From positions 1,952,001 to 2,016,000 of the forward strand of contig CBDCTK010000002.1 in NCBI GenBank assembly GCA_965222225.1: a stretch of 64,000 bases of DNA, given 5' to 3'. Below are positions 10,886-21,397 of this stretch, in pieces. Made by a program: the position numbers and the translations under genes. This DNA comes from Candidatus Poribacteria bacterium. GTDB taxonomy: Bacteria; Poribacteria; WGA-4E; JAJDTR01. The first letter of the stretch is position 1. The number at the start of each line of letters is the position of its first letter. The notes under the pieces were generated by a model, which made no database searches, was not told where the DNA came from, and worked only from the letters and a program-made list of their open reading frames with translations.

Positions 10886-11836
10886 CTAATTTCCTCTCAA
10901 GATTCTTGATAGAACCGCGCTAGATTTATCCGGCGCCCATTCCACGGGACGGTTGTACAACAAACTGGCTACGCTATTGCGAGTGTTTTCCGGCAACTTG
11001 CTAACTAAGCGTCTTCGCCATTGAGTCGTTTCACGAAGTTCCCCTTGTAATGTTAGTTCGTCGGAGTTCAGCTTTTTGAAGCGGGCGTCTTCACCAGCTA
11101 CAAAACGGGCTATACCGCTCCTTGATTCATGCGATGTAACAAGAATTACACCGGGAGAATAATGGTCGCGGAGTGACCGTAAAGTGCCATTAATTTTTTC
11201 CTTGTTCGACTCATACACCGCATGTACAGCTGTCAGCCAACGTTCGGGACGCGGATTGACGTGTGAATAACCACAACAATACGAGGAATGCGAGTCGAAT
11301 AATTCGCAGTTGTTGGTCATATAATCGCAAGTACGTGATAAGTCCGATAGTTCAGGATGATCGCATAGAATAGACCAGAACTCCAACCATAACGTCTCGC
11401 CAATCTTCTTCATCGGTTCACTTGGGTCGATTCCATTTACAGTAAGGTAGTTACCCTCCCTTTGATACGCCGTTTCCAGTATCGCCATGGCAAATTGTAC
11501 AGCCAGAGCGCCACATCCGACATCAATAATGTGAAGCGGTAAATCCGGCCCCTGCCATTTTCGGACATCTTGATATAATTCCTGTAAGATGCTGAGCGCC
11601 AAGTTGATTTGGCGCGGTTGATACCATGTGACGTAGAAAAGCGCATCCCACTCGTTGTATTCAGGTTCCAAACCATCTCGGAGTTTGGCCAGCGATTCAA
11701 GTGCCGCTTTGATGTTCTCTCCTACCTAGGCGACATTATTTGTGATTTCGCAGAGCCGATTGAATTCTTCCTCAGCCACGGTCGCGATTGCCTCGTCTAT
11801 AACGCAAGCGACTAGTTTTCTGAGTTCCAAGTTATC
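10886..11836 (-). pseudogene. SAM-dependent methyltransferase-like protein, 5' end cut by an IS and frameshifted
   Basis: IIDVGCG motif I and GIDPSEPM. Removing the IS restores ATG(12825) TCT CTA ATA GAT (MSLIDNLELRK), with a frame change near 11740. Confidence 0.6.
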
Positions 11837-11841
11837 TATTA

Positions 11842-12813
11842 ACCAATGGTGCTAGTTTGAAATTTGGAGGTTAATAAGCATAACATTCCCTTTTGGCTTT
11901 GCTTTAACGCGAAAGGTATCAGGGCATGAGACGATTTCCTCGATTCTACCGTTAATTTGAGTATCGGTAGCTATCAAATAACGGGAGGAAATCTAGACTC
12001 ATGACCATAGTAGATTTTATCACAGAACTGTTTTGTTGTGTTGATGATAAACTCTCACAGCACGGTAAAAACCATAAGCATAGCCATGCCAAACTTTATC
12101 CGTCTGAAGTGGTTACCATTGCCATGCTCTTTGCGCTCAAGGGTGTGGGTAATCGAGCCTCCTATCGCTGGATAGCGAACAATTTCAAATCCTTATTTCC
12201 GATGTTACCCGAGCGTACCCGATTGTTCCGCTTATTCGACGGGCATCAACATCTCATTGACGTTTTTATGGCGAATCCTTCGCTTATCGGTGGAATTGAC
12301 ACGTACGGTATTGAATTGATTCACCCGCGCCGAGAAGGGCGCTCTAAACGTCAAATCGGACGCAAAGGCATTTCCAACCAACGATGGATTGTAGGTGGAA
12401 AACTTTGCTTGCTACACAATCATCTCGGACTGATTGTCAACTGGGACTGCGACACTGCCAATGTACATGATGGGAGTGCCTTCCAACATCTCGTTGATGG
12501 GGTCAGTGACCAGATGGTTGTTTTTGCCGATGTAAATTTCGCCAAAGCGGATTGGTTCCCTTCCAACTTGCGTCTGTGCCGACGTGGCGAGTGGAATTCT
12601 CGGATGCTGGTAGAAACGATTTTGTCCATGTTGACGCTAGTGTGCCATTTTAAGAAAGTCATGCACCGTCGTTGGAGTTACTTCAAAACGCGAGTCGGCT
12701 TTACAATGGCTTTGGTCAATCTCTTGGTACAGTGGAATGGATTGTCGATTGACGACGATGGCTTTGTGCCTCTGTCAATAGCTCAATTCAGTCTCTAAAC
12801 TAGCACCAAAGGT
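11842..12813 (+). mobile_element. IS982-like insertion sequence
   Basis: Imperfect TIRs accaatggtgctagttt / aaactagcaccaaaggt; TATTA direct repeats (11837-11841, 12814-12818). Confidence 0.8.
12001..12798 (+). CDS. DDE transposase (IS982-like)
   Basis: KLYPSEVVTI, LFP.LPERTRLFR, IDTYGI, ANVHD, FAD and R..VETI.S.L motifs. Confidence 0.8.
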   Translation: MTIVDFITELFCCVDDKLSQHGKNHKHSHAKLYPSEVVTIAMLFALKGVGNRASYRWIANNFKSLFPMLPERTRLFRLFDGHQHLIDVFMANPSLIGGIDTYGIELIHPRREGRSKRQIGRKGISNQRWIVGGKLCLLHNHLGLIVNWDCDTANVHDGSAFQHLVDGVSDQMVVFADVNFAKADWFPSNLRLCRRGEWNSRMLVETILSMLTLVCHFKKVMHRRWSYFKTRVGFTMALVNLLVQWNGLSIDDDGFVPLSIAQFSL

Positions 12814-13063
12814 TATTAGAGACATGGACTAAAACAGTCTGTTTATCTTGCCCATCGGCAAGCCCCTTCATTCAACAGTTGGTTTGGAGGGAGGTAATTC
12901 GCTGATGCCTTACACGTTCTTTACTTTGATGTCTGTCTATGGTGCAAATCGGCGTCAAATTTCAAGCAAAGCCCACAAGTTTTCAAACGGCGGTCGGTAG
13001 AATTATTATAAGCGAATAGCGCTTGTTGTCAATCAAAATCAGGTGACGCTGTGTCAACGACCT

Positions 13064-13813
13064 TCACCGGATCATGACGGCAATCAGATCCATCGAGGCG
13101 GCAACCAGCCAGTGGATGGCGGCGCCGTAGATAAACGACCGCGTTTCAATAGCCACAACTCCAAGCAGCAGGCCGGCAACGATAGAGCCTATAGCCTCCG
13201 GAAAGGGCTTGGAGTAGTGCATCACGGCGAAGGGGATGGTCTGGATTAGAATGCTATAGTTCCCGAACCGTTTCTCCAGCCCGAAGAGCATGAATCCACG
13301 GAAGAAGAACTCCCAAGCGAACAGGTAGGCGCCGTAGGCAAGTTCGTAGAGGAGGAGGGTTTTCCAACTGGTAGCGGCGAGTTTGTTGAGCGGGTATTTC
13401 GCTAGGAATGCGGGGAATAGGTGAACGGCGAGGAGGAGCAGGGGAAGCATGAGCATCCAACCGCCAATGGCAAATCCCCAGCCCAGCTTTCCGTTGCTCA
13501 GACGGCAGCCGTAATCGCGGAGGCGCCCCTTGACCCCGAACGTCATGACCAGCATCGGGAGCAGCAGAAGCGTCACGAGGCTTGTGAGGAACCAGTAGTA
13601 GTGGCGGTAGAGTCCGGCGAGCGGGAGGTGGGCGACGTATTTCGCGAGGTGTTTCCGGAAGAAGGTGCGGCTACTATAGAATCTATAGAGCGTTAATAGG
13701 ATTGCCGAGGCGAGCAGGATGATTGTCGGCTGGCGATCCCAGCCGCTCAAATACTTGTCTTTCTTGTCCTGCAACCACGCCTTTAGGGGAGATTGGTTTT
13801 CCGAGCCGCTCAC
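13064..13813 (-). CDS. CPBP (CAAX-like) intramembrane protease
   Basis: WEFFFRG, FAVMH and IHW motifs; multiple TM helices. Confidence 0.88.
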   Translation of the reverse strand: MSGSENQSPLKAWLQDKKDKYLSGWDRQPTIILLASAILLTLYRFYSSRTFFRKHLAKYVAHLPLAGLYRHYYWFLTSLVTLLLLPMLVMTFGVKGRLRDYGCRLSNGKLGWGFAIGGWMLMLPLLLLAVHLFPAFLAKYPLNKLAATSWKTLLLYELAYGAYLFAWEFFFRGFMLFGLEKRFGNYSILIQTIPFAVMHYSKPFPEAIGSIVAGLLLGVVAIETRSFIYGAAIHWLVAASMDLIAVMIR

Positions 13814-13839
13814 AACCGCCTCCGATTGAAATTTCGGTT

Positions 13840-13868
13840 AGTATAGCACATCGTACGGAAGCGTGCAA
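13840..13868 (-). promoter_or_regulatory. Sigma70-type promoter of the CPBP gene
   Basis: TTGCAC-N17-TATACT with an extended TG; near-identical copy at 18476-18504. Confidence 0.6.
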
Positions 13869-14004
13869 ATTTGAGCTATAATCACGGGAGGGCACAGGGG
13901 CCGTCCCCAACAATCAGTCACGGCCTCAAGAGGAATCTCTATGATGAGCCGAGTAGACAACGAGCAGAAGATTCTATCGCAGCCACTATCCATTCCTTTA
14001 ATCG

Positions 14005-15048
14005 TAGGAGTTACGCAGTTGAGTGAAAATAGGTTATAATTTGAGTATGAATCCCCCTAAATATACTGACACTGACTATATTGATTTCTTGGTAGCCGCT
14101 CAGAAAAGTTACAGTTGTCTTGAATCGGAAAAAGTTCAACCCCAAGCTGATAATCCTCCGGCTCACGATTCGATAACACGGCTCTTGCATCGAGAGGAAC
14201 CCGATACTGGCAAACTGTGGCAAGAATCGAGAAATCAGGTGAAATTAGAATCCGGAATTTTAGTTATAGATGACTCGACTCTGGATAAACCTTATTCACA
14301 AAAGATTGAACTCGTGACAAAACACTGGTCAGGGAAACACCACCGAGTTGTGAATGGGATTAACTTGGTCACTTTGCTCTGGACGGATGGCGATAGACAT
14401 ATTCCGTGTGATTATCGAATCTATGATAAAGCCAAAGACGGCTTGACGAAGAATGAGCATTTCCGCGCCATGCTTGAAGAAGCGAAAACACGCGGTTTTG
14501 CTCCTGAATGTGTGTGTTTTGATAGTTGGTATGCCAGTCTAAAGAATCTAAAAGCGGTGCGAGGTCATGGTTGGAAGTGGCTTACTCGTCTAGCTGCCAA
14601 CCGACTTGTCAGTAAAGATTATTCCGGTAACCGTCCGGTGAGTACGCTTCCGAGTGAATCAACAGGTACAATTGTCCATCTCAAAGGCTATGGATTGATT
14701 CGAGTATTTAAGGTTGACACTCCAGAAGGTGACATTGAATATTGGGCAACGAATGATTTACAGATGGACGAATTGACGCGTCTCAAATATGCCGAATGGT
14801 CTTGGACAATAGAAGAATATCATCGCGGGATTAAGCAATTTGTTGGCATTGAACGCGCACAAGTGCGCTCTGCTCGCACTCAAAGAAATCATATCGGTTT
14901 AGCGCTGAGAGCCTTTCTGAGAATTGAGCACTATTGCTATCATACCGGTATCAGTTGGTTTGATGCAAAACTCTCTATTGTCAGAGATGCGGTACGGGCT
15001 TATTTGGCACAACCTCTTTATACGCTTCAGCCAACTGCGTAACTCCTA
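14005..15048 (+). mobile_element. IS701-like insertion sequence, copy 2
   Basis: Same TIRs and 1044-bp length as copy 1; AATCG direct repeats (14000-14004, 15049-15053); inserted at the end of hairpin element 13974-14003. Confidence 0.9.
14023..15042 (+). CDS. DDE transposase, IS701-like
   Basis: Protein identical to 3591..4610. Confidence 0.88.
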   Translation: MKIGYNLSMNPPKYTDTDYIDFLVAAQKSYSCLESEKVQPQADNPPAHDSITRLLHREEPDTGKLWQESRNQVKLESGILVIDDSTLDKPYSQKIELVTKHWSGKHHRVVNGINLVTLLWTDGDRHIPCDYRIYDKAKDGLTKNEHFRAMLEEAKTRGFAPECVCFDSWYASLKNLKAVRGHGWKWLTRLAANRLVSKDYSGNRPVSTLPSESTGTIVHLKGYGLIRVFKVDTPEGDIEYWATNDLQMDELTRLKYAEWSWTIEEYHRGIKQFVGIERAQVRSARTQRNHIGLALRAFLRIEHYCYHTGISWFDAKLSIVRDAVRAYLAQPLYTLQPTA

Positions 15049-15192
15049 AATCGATAGAAAATCCTACTCCCAATTCGGTCGCTTGAGAGGATCTCTATCG
15101 CACTCCCTATGCAGTCGCTTGATCCCCTACGTTTGTATTTCGAGAGGGCTTGTGATACAATGTCACATCACGGGAGACGAGGATACGTAAAG

Positions 15193-15569
15193 ATGGGAAT
15201 TCGCAGAGGACTTCGAGTGATTCTGAAGTTGATAACGTGCACGGTTGGGGGTGTAGTGGCGTGGCTCGCACTTTCCGTGTTCGCGCCAGCGGTTTATAAG
15301 AACGCAATAGAGGGATTTGTGCACGTGAAAGTTTGGCACTGTGCCGCGTTCGGTCTGGACGCCGGTATTGGCTGGGCTGTCGGATACAAGAAGAGATGGG
15401 GAATATTATCGCGGCTGCATTAATGGGATGGGCAATCGCAGTGAGGTTTCAGCTTTTGAGGCAGGTCGATACCCTGTGGCCTGTGTACCTTGTGTTGTCG
15501 TCGCTTATCCTGGCTGTCTTCCTGGTTCTCACGGGGGGCGTGTTTCGCAAAAAGGAGGGTGTGGAGTAA
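15193..15569 (+). pseudogene. Small membrane protein with a frameshift near 15400
   Basis: Two hydrophobic ORF halves overlap at a G run (KKRW / GNIIAAALM). Confidence 0.5.
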
Positions 15570-15602
15570 GGGAAGCTTCACTACAATCATAAAGGAGACT
15601 CC

Positions 15603-15831
15603 AATGTATCAGGACCAACCTATAGACTGGATGCACATCACTAATCGTCTTGAAGAGTTTGACGACTATCCGGAACAACCACCTGTGGGGTGGAAGGATT
15701 TTCACGACATGTCCCCGCGCCAGGCACGTCGATTACAAGAAGAACTTGCCAAACCCCAAAATTCTCCAGACAACCGCAGTTTCAATGTCAACGAATTAAT
15801 GAAGAGCATTCTCGTTGAGGTACCCGAATGA
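15603..15831 (+). CDS. Hypothetical protein
   Basis: AAGGAG RBS before the ATG (MYQDQPIDW...). Confidence 0.45.
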
Positions 15832-16380
15832 AGAGTTCCCTATATCTAGACCAAAAATAGCAAGAAATGAGTCAGACATTAAGGAGAGGTCTTGAGCGTC
15901 GTACGCTGTTCAAACGAGTTCAATTCTAACACCATATTGGCGAGGGGGTAAACACTTGGTCAACAGAATTTGAACGATTATCAAGCCCAGATAACCGAGT
16001 ATGCCTGAACACTGTGTGAGCGTATGACTAGCAAGGTAGGACACAATCGTTTGGTTGAAACATGGGAAGTGGGCAAGCCGAAATTCAGGGAGTTAACGCG
16101 GATTCTAATGCGCAGGTGGGATGGGTAAAATTACCCATCCCACTCTGGACATATTCACGCAACGATTGGCTCAGATATGTAATGTCGGGTTTATGGTGTT
16201 GTGACCGAGCGGGGCTGCACTCACATGGCCGCCCAAGACAGTAAATATTACCACAGCAGGACCGTTGACGCAAGGAAATCTGCAAACCTCGGGCAGATTG
16301 AAAAACTCTCAAATGTCGGTGCATTATGTGTGGGTTGAACTAGGAGAACGGGGCACTATCGCTCGGTCATTCTATGGGAA

Positions 16381-16995
16381 GTGATAGGGGAAATAATGGG
16401 AGCAATATATCGAATTTGGAATGAGGCCAATGGTAAGTCTTATGTTGGACAGTCGAGTAGACCGTATCGTCGGGTGTTGCGCCATTTGATGCCCGGGGAA
16501 CATGGGGGGTCGAAAGAAATACAAAAGGATTTGTTAAAGTATTACCCCGATGTCTGGAATTGGAGAATTGTGGCAGATGAAAAGGATTATCCAGGCGTTA
16601 CTTTGGACGAGCTTGAGACAGAATTAATCAAGAAATGGGATAGCTCCGAAAACGGGTATAATAATGCGCCAGGAGGCGGGGTAGGGGCCTCAAAATCAAC
16701 GCACACCGAACAGTATCTCAGTATTAAGGGAAAATTGTTCGCTATATCGGAGATGCGGGAAGGGATAAAAGACGCAATAGCAGATTACCAATTCGAAGCG
16801 TCTCACGGTATGAGCCGTACTGAGTATAGCTGGCGGAAAACGATTATTTCACAGTACGGGTCCCTTGAAGCTTACGATCAACACATGAAGGCGGAACGCG
16901 AGAGAAAGGAACGCGAGAGCCAGCAGTTTGCGCGCAGATGTTTTTGGTGGGTTGTAGTGCTGTTAGTGCTAATCTTTTTGGTTGGAAGATGTTGA
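16381..16995 (+). CDS. GIY-YIG nuclease-domain protein with a C-terminal TM helix
   Basis: AIYRIWN...SYVGQS...R...H, ELE and GYN motifs; hydrophobic tail FWWVVVLLVLIFLVG. Confidence 0.75.
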   Translation: MIGEIMGAIYRIWNEANGKSYVGQSSRPYRRVLRHLMPGEHGGSKEIQKDLLKYYPDVWNWRIVADEKDYPGVTLDELETELIKKWDSSENGYNNAPGGGVGASKSTHTEQYLSIKGKLFAISEMREGIKDAIADYQFEASHGMSRTEYSWRKTIISQYGSLEAYDQHMKAERERKERESQQFARRCFWWVVVLLVLIFLVGRC

Positions 16996-17403
16996 GATAA
17001 AGGCCTAACGCTGTCAAGGCAGCGATGTTACTGCAAGAATTTAAAGATGACAGGGAATCACGCCCAAAAAAATCTAGCGGAACAGAACGCGGTCACGCGT
17101 ACTCAATAGGGCAATAGAACAGATTAACGCGTTTATGCCGTGATTCTCTTGAACCAGTCAGAGTTTTCAGGGACGGTAAGTTACAGTCTCGGGCAACGGG
17201 CCATTACGAAAAAATGCTTAGAAAGCAATTCTGAAGGATTTTTTCTTTGAAAAACTCGGTATATAGCGACGATAAACGTTTTAATCAGTGACAGGCCGTA
17301 TCTGTATGGTCTCTATCGCACGGGAATTTCTATCTCAGTCGCTGTTCGCTTCTTCCATCGTTATCCACTCGTTTGAATGATTTCTATCGCCCTCGCTATT
17401 CAC

Positions 17404-17580
17404 TCAGTTAATCTTAATCATTTCGTTCAAGAAGGAGGCGCGGAGTTCCGCGCGCAGTGAACGTCGGGACACCACATCCACCTTGCATCCCAATACCCCC
17501 TCCAAGTATTGACCCAGTCCAACGAGATCGAAGAGATTAGCGTTATCATCGAAATCCACCAAGAGATCCAGATCGCTGTC
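17404..17580 (-). pseudogene. 3' fragment of a minimal nucleotidyltransferase gene
   Basis: Encodes DSDLDLLVDFDDNANLFDLVGLGQYLEGVLGCKVDVVSRRSL; close copy of 18111-18275; bounded by hairpin-element sequence. Confidence 0.8.
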
Positions 17581-17807
17581 CGATCGCTTGAGGGCACTTC
17601 TATTGGGGTTAGCTATCGCCTTCGCTGTCCGCTCAGTTGATCTGTCCCTATCGGTTCCATTGATTGGTCATTTGCCTTGTTGCGAACAACAGAAACGTGA
17701 TATAATTCTCGAAATTCATCGTCAAACACTCAAAAACAACACAATTAGTAAATATCTGGATTCGTACACCGGGAAAACTCTCCGCGCTAGAATGGGAGGC
17801 AATCGAA

Positions 17808-17978
17808 ATGGAACATTGGATGCCGACAATCCCTCTGCTATTAGCCATCGCCGGATTATGGTGGAAACTTACCACCAGCGTCGCCACCAAAGAGGATATC
17901 AAGGAACTTAAGGCGGACATGCGCGAGATTCGACAGATGCTATTCACTCATATCGGCGACAGAGAGAAACACTCTTAA
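17808..17978 (+). CDS. Small TM + coiled-coil protein (56 aa)
   Basis: GGAGG RBS; MEHWMPTIPLLLAIAGLWWKLTTSVATKEDIKELKADMREIRQMLF; below the ORF-track cutoff. Confidence 0.7.
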   Translation: MEHWMPTIPLLLAIAGLWWKLTTSVATKEDIKELKADMREIRQMLFTHIGDREKHS

Positions 17979-18110
17979 ATGTGAACTTCTTCTCAAGTTG
18001 AAATCTTCGATCATTGAGCGATGCGATTCATCGCGAGCGTGGATGACGAACAGGATTGTCTATCGCAGTCGCTGTTCGCTCCCTTGATCGTTGTTTACTC
18101 CCTAAATCCC

Positions 18111-18390
18111 TCAAATCCTTATCATTTCGTTCAAGACGGACGCGCGGAGCTCCTCGCGGAGTGAACGTCGGGACACCACGTCCACCTTACACCCCCTCCA
18201 AGTATTGACCCAGTCCAACGAGATCGAAGAGATTGGCGTTATCATCGAAATCCACCAACAGATCCAGATCGCTGTCCGCGTGGAAATCGCCACGCGCGTA
18301 CGAGCCGAAGATTCCTTTAATCTCAGCCTTATAGCTGCGGCGTATTTCGTCTTTCTCTTTGGCGATTGTCTTCTGAATTTCTTCAATCAT
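18111..18390 (-). pseudogene. Minimal nucleotidyltransferase (MNT antitoxin-type) with a small deletion frameshift
   Basis: GIFGSYARGD..DSDLDLLVDF; about 7 bp missing near 18190 relative to the 17.5-kb copy; no HEPN partner adjacent. Confidence 0.8.
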
Positions 18391-18475
18391 TTGTAAGCCG
18401 CCGCCTATTTTCGAGGATGAGTAGAGGGATGGGAACTGTCTACCCTTAAAGCCTCCACTGCTTGCACTATCGGTT

Positions 18476-18504
18476 AGTATAGCACATGATACGGAAGCGT
18501 GCAA
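18476..18504 (-). promoter_or_regulatory. Sigma70-type promoter (duplicated module)
   Basis: TTGCAC-N17-TATACT. Confidence 0.55.
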
Positions 18505-18765
18505 ATCGGAGGAGGTACGCTTGGCAGGGCAATTGCACTCGACCATCAACCGATTGTGTTGGCGTTTTCCGACTGAGTGCCGTTCAGCGCGGAGCAGAAT
18601 TTATTGGACGGCAAATGCCAACATCTATAGCCATCAACCAAGTGGACAACGAACAGGATATTCTATCGCGACCTGGAGATCGAGGGATTTCTATCGCGCT
18701 CCTTATCCAGTCGCTTGATGATTAAAGGATTTCACGGATTAGGTTTCGCTAAGTGATATATCTCG

Positions 18766-18850
18766 TAGAGTCGGGCTAGAAGCCCGACCTACAGAAGTTG
18801 TAGACCGAGTGTCTTGTGTTGTATGGGCGGGTCCGAAACCCGCCCAACCA
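18766..18850 (-). repeat. REP-like palindromes
   Basis: gtcgggctagaagcccgacctac and gggcgggtccgaaacccgccc. Confidence 0.7.
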
Positions 18851-18914
18851 AGGTTCAGGAGCAAGTTTCTTGCGCCAATCCCATAAGTTAATTACTTAGC
18901 GAGAGCACCACTTA

Positions 18915-19043
18915 GGTCCTGTTTGAAAAGTAGGTGGCAAAGCCATTGTTCGGTCATTTGAGGGCAAAAGTTATCGGATTTTCAAGACATTTTCCCCAAA
19001 ATAGCCTCTCTCGAAGACGAATTCGGACTTTTCAAACAGGCTC
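18915..19043. mobile_element. MITE (IS5-like ends)
   Basis: TIR core CCTGTTTGAAAAG, TTA on both flanks; related ends at 34997, 39201-39459 and 41559. Confidence 0.7.
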
Positions 19044-19298
19044 TTAGTGATTTACTTTCTAAATATATGCGGTAAGTGTTGTGCGCAGGTGCAGTTAGAA
19101 ACCGCACCTACCGGCGATTCTTGCAAGTAAAGGAAGTCGCGACCTGGAGAAGATCTCTATCGCACTCACTGTGGGATCTTCTATCGCTTTCGTTATCCAC
19201 TCAGTTGATCGTTCGCTTGATCTCCTACAAGTAATGATGGTGTGTGTTTATATTCTTGTAAGCAGAAACCCGGGTTACGTATGAATGAGGAGGAAAAG

Positions 19299-20267
19299 AT
19301 GTCATTCAGAACTAGACGCTACTTCAAGTCAGTGCTTGTGCTCTCCCTGATGTTCCAGATGCATATTGCACAAATCAGTTACGCTGCGCCTCCAGCCAAG
19401 ATTGCATTCACTTCGATGAGAGACGGAAACTATGAAATCTACGTTATGGATAGTAACGGAGGCAACCAGGTAAGACTAACGGATGACCCGGCGGTTGATT
19501 GGGATCCGACGTGGTCTCCTGACGGCGATAGGATCGCGTTTGTCTCCGGTAGAGATATTAGTTTTCGAATCTACGTGATGGATTCCGATGGACGGAATTT
19601 GATGCAACTAACAAAAGAGTCGAATGATTCGGAACCGGCGTGGTCGCCTGACGGAGGGAAGATTGCGTTCACTCGGCCCAAAGAGCGGAAAGAACAGGTT
19701 TGGGTAATGGACGCTGACGGGGGTAACCAGGTACAGTTGACGCATTTAGGGTCGAACCATTTTCCAGCGTGGTCGCCTAGCGGCAATAGATTAGCCTTCG
19801 TAACCTGGAAAAGGCACCGGGGAACTGAAATCTACGCAATGGATAGCGATGGCAACAATCAAGTAAGGATTACCCACGATTTGAGGCCTAAGAATTATCC
19901 TTCGTGGTCTCCCGACGGTCAATTGATTGCGTACAGCGCGATCAGAAACGAGGTTCAACAAATCTATGCCGTCAGAACCGATGGCAGCGGTCTGACAGAA
20001 AGACTAACGCACAACCTACCGAATAAATCAGTCCCGGCATGGTCCCCCGACGGCGACATGATTGCATACACGTTATGGAGTTCCGGCGTTCCCGCGACGA
20101 TTCACTTGATGACCCCCGATGGAGGGCACCTTAAGCAACTCAGTGCGGACCGCGGCTATGATTACGATCCCGACTGGTTTGATCCGGTGGCACCGCCTGT
20201 GTCTCCCGCCGCGAACTTTGTGACAATCTGGGGCGAGATCAAACAGCCAACATTGGAACTTCGATGA
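19299..20267 (+). CDS. TolB-like PD40 beta-propeller secreted protein 1
   Basis: Signal peptide, P.WSPDG..IAF repeats and C-terminal [15 protein letters not shown]. Confidence 0.88.
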   Translation: MSFRTRRYFKSVLVLSLMFQMHIAQISYAAPPAKIAFTSMRDGNYEIYVMDSNGGNQVRLTDDPAVDWDPTWSPDGDRIAFVSGRDISFRIYVMDSDGRNLMQLTKESNDSEPAWSPDGGKIAFTRPKERKEQVWVMDADGGNQVQLTHLGSNHFPAWSPSGNRLAFVTWKRHRGTEIYAMDSDGNNQVRITHDLRPKNYPSWSPDGQLIAYSAIRNEVQQIYAVRTDGSGLTERLTHNLPNKSVPAWSPDGDMIAYTLWSSGVPATIHLMTPDGGHLKQLSADRGYDYDPDWFDPVAPPVSPAANFVTIWGEIKQPTLELR

Positions 20268-20318
20268 TGTGTATGACGCACTTGAGAAATTTCGCTAATT
20301 TCAACCAAGGAGGAACAG

Positions 20319-21287
20319 ATGTCATTCAAAGCTAGACGATTCTTGACTGCAGCGCTTGTCATCTCCCTGCTAATCCAGATGCACATAGCCAAAAGTGGTT
20401 ACGCCGCAGGGAGACCCAAGATTGCTTTCAGCTCTACGAGAGATGGAAACAGCGAAATCTATGTTATGGATAGTGACGGAGGTAATCAGGTAAGGTTAAC
20501 GGATAATCCGGCTATTGACTCGGATCCGTCGTGGTCTTCCGACGGCAAAAGGATTGCGTTTGTGTCCAGAAGAAGTGGAGTCAGACAAATCTACGTGATG
20601 GATTCCGATGGACAGAATTTGATGAGACTGACAGAGGAAGCGGTAAATCGGGACCCGACGTGGTCTCCCGACGGCAATAAGATTGCGTACACTCGCAGCA
20701 AAGGAGGGAAGCAGGTTTGGGTAATGGATGCCGACGGGGGTAACCAGATTGAGTTAAATCAAATGGGATCGAACAGTCATCCAGCGTGGTCGCCTGATGG
20801 GGTACGAATTGCCTTCGTATCCAGTAGGGATGGGGGGGCCGAAATATACGTAATGGATGAGAACGGTAATAATCAGGAAAGACTTACCCAACACATGGCG
20901 ATTACGGGCCATCCATCGTGGTCCCCCGACGGTCGATGGATTGCGTATTCATCTCTTGACGTAGAGAAGGTTTTTCAAATCTACCTCGTGAGAGCCGATG
21001 GCGTTCCTCAAAAAAACAGACTGACACGCAAACTGCCGCACAAATATCATCCTGCATGGTCCCCGGACGGTGATGCAATCGCATACACGTCAGAGGATCC
21101 GCCCTTCATTCGTACGACGATTCACTTGATGACGGCTAAAGGAGTTTACCTGAAACAACTCGGTGAGGTCGCCGATGGATCGGATAGCGGTCCCGATTGG
21201 GTTGACCCGACAGCATGGTCGGTGTATCCAGCCACGAACTTGGTCACAATATGGGGCGGGATTAAAAAGCTAACATCGGGGCTATAG
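20319..21287 (+). CDS. TolB-like PD40 protein 2
   Basis: Same architecture; AGGAGG RBS. Confidence 0.88.
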   Translation: MSFKARRFLTAALVISLLIQMHIAKSGYAAGRPKIAFSSTRDGNSEIYVMDSDGGNQVRLTDNPAIDSDPSWSSDGKRIAFVSRRSGVRQIYVMDSDGQNLMRLTEEAVNRDPTWSPDGNKIAYTRSKGGKQVWVMDADGGNQIELNQMGSNSHPAWSPDGVRIAFVSSRDGGAEIYVMDENGNNQERLTQHMAITGHPSWSPDGRWIAYSSLDVEKVFQIYLVRADGVPQKNRLTRKLPHKYHPAWSPDGDAIAYTSEDPPFIRTTIHLMTAKGVYLKQLGEVADGSDSGPDWVDPTAWSVYPATNLVTIWGGIKKLTSGL

Positions 21288-21397
21288 GGCGACCGGCGAT
21301 CTGTATGACTGTCAGTTGTCACGGAGAGGATCTCGGTGATTCGACGATTGCCGATTGCTCGCTGCACAAAGGATATGTTTCGTGGAAGCAATGAGGT

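Noticed and set aside
15832-16330. Possible gene remnant
   Set aside because: It has multiple stops and no recognisable motif
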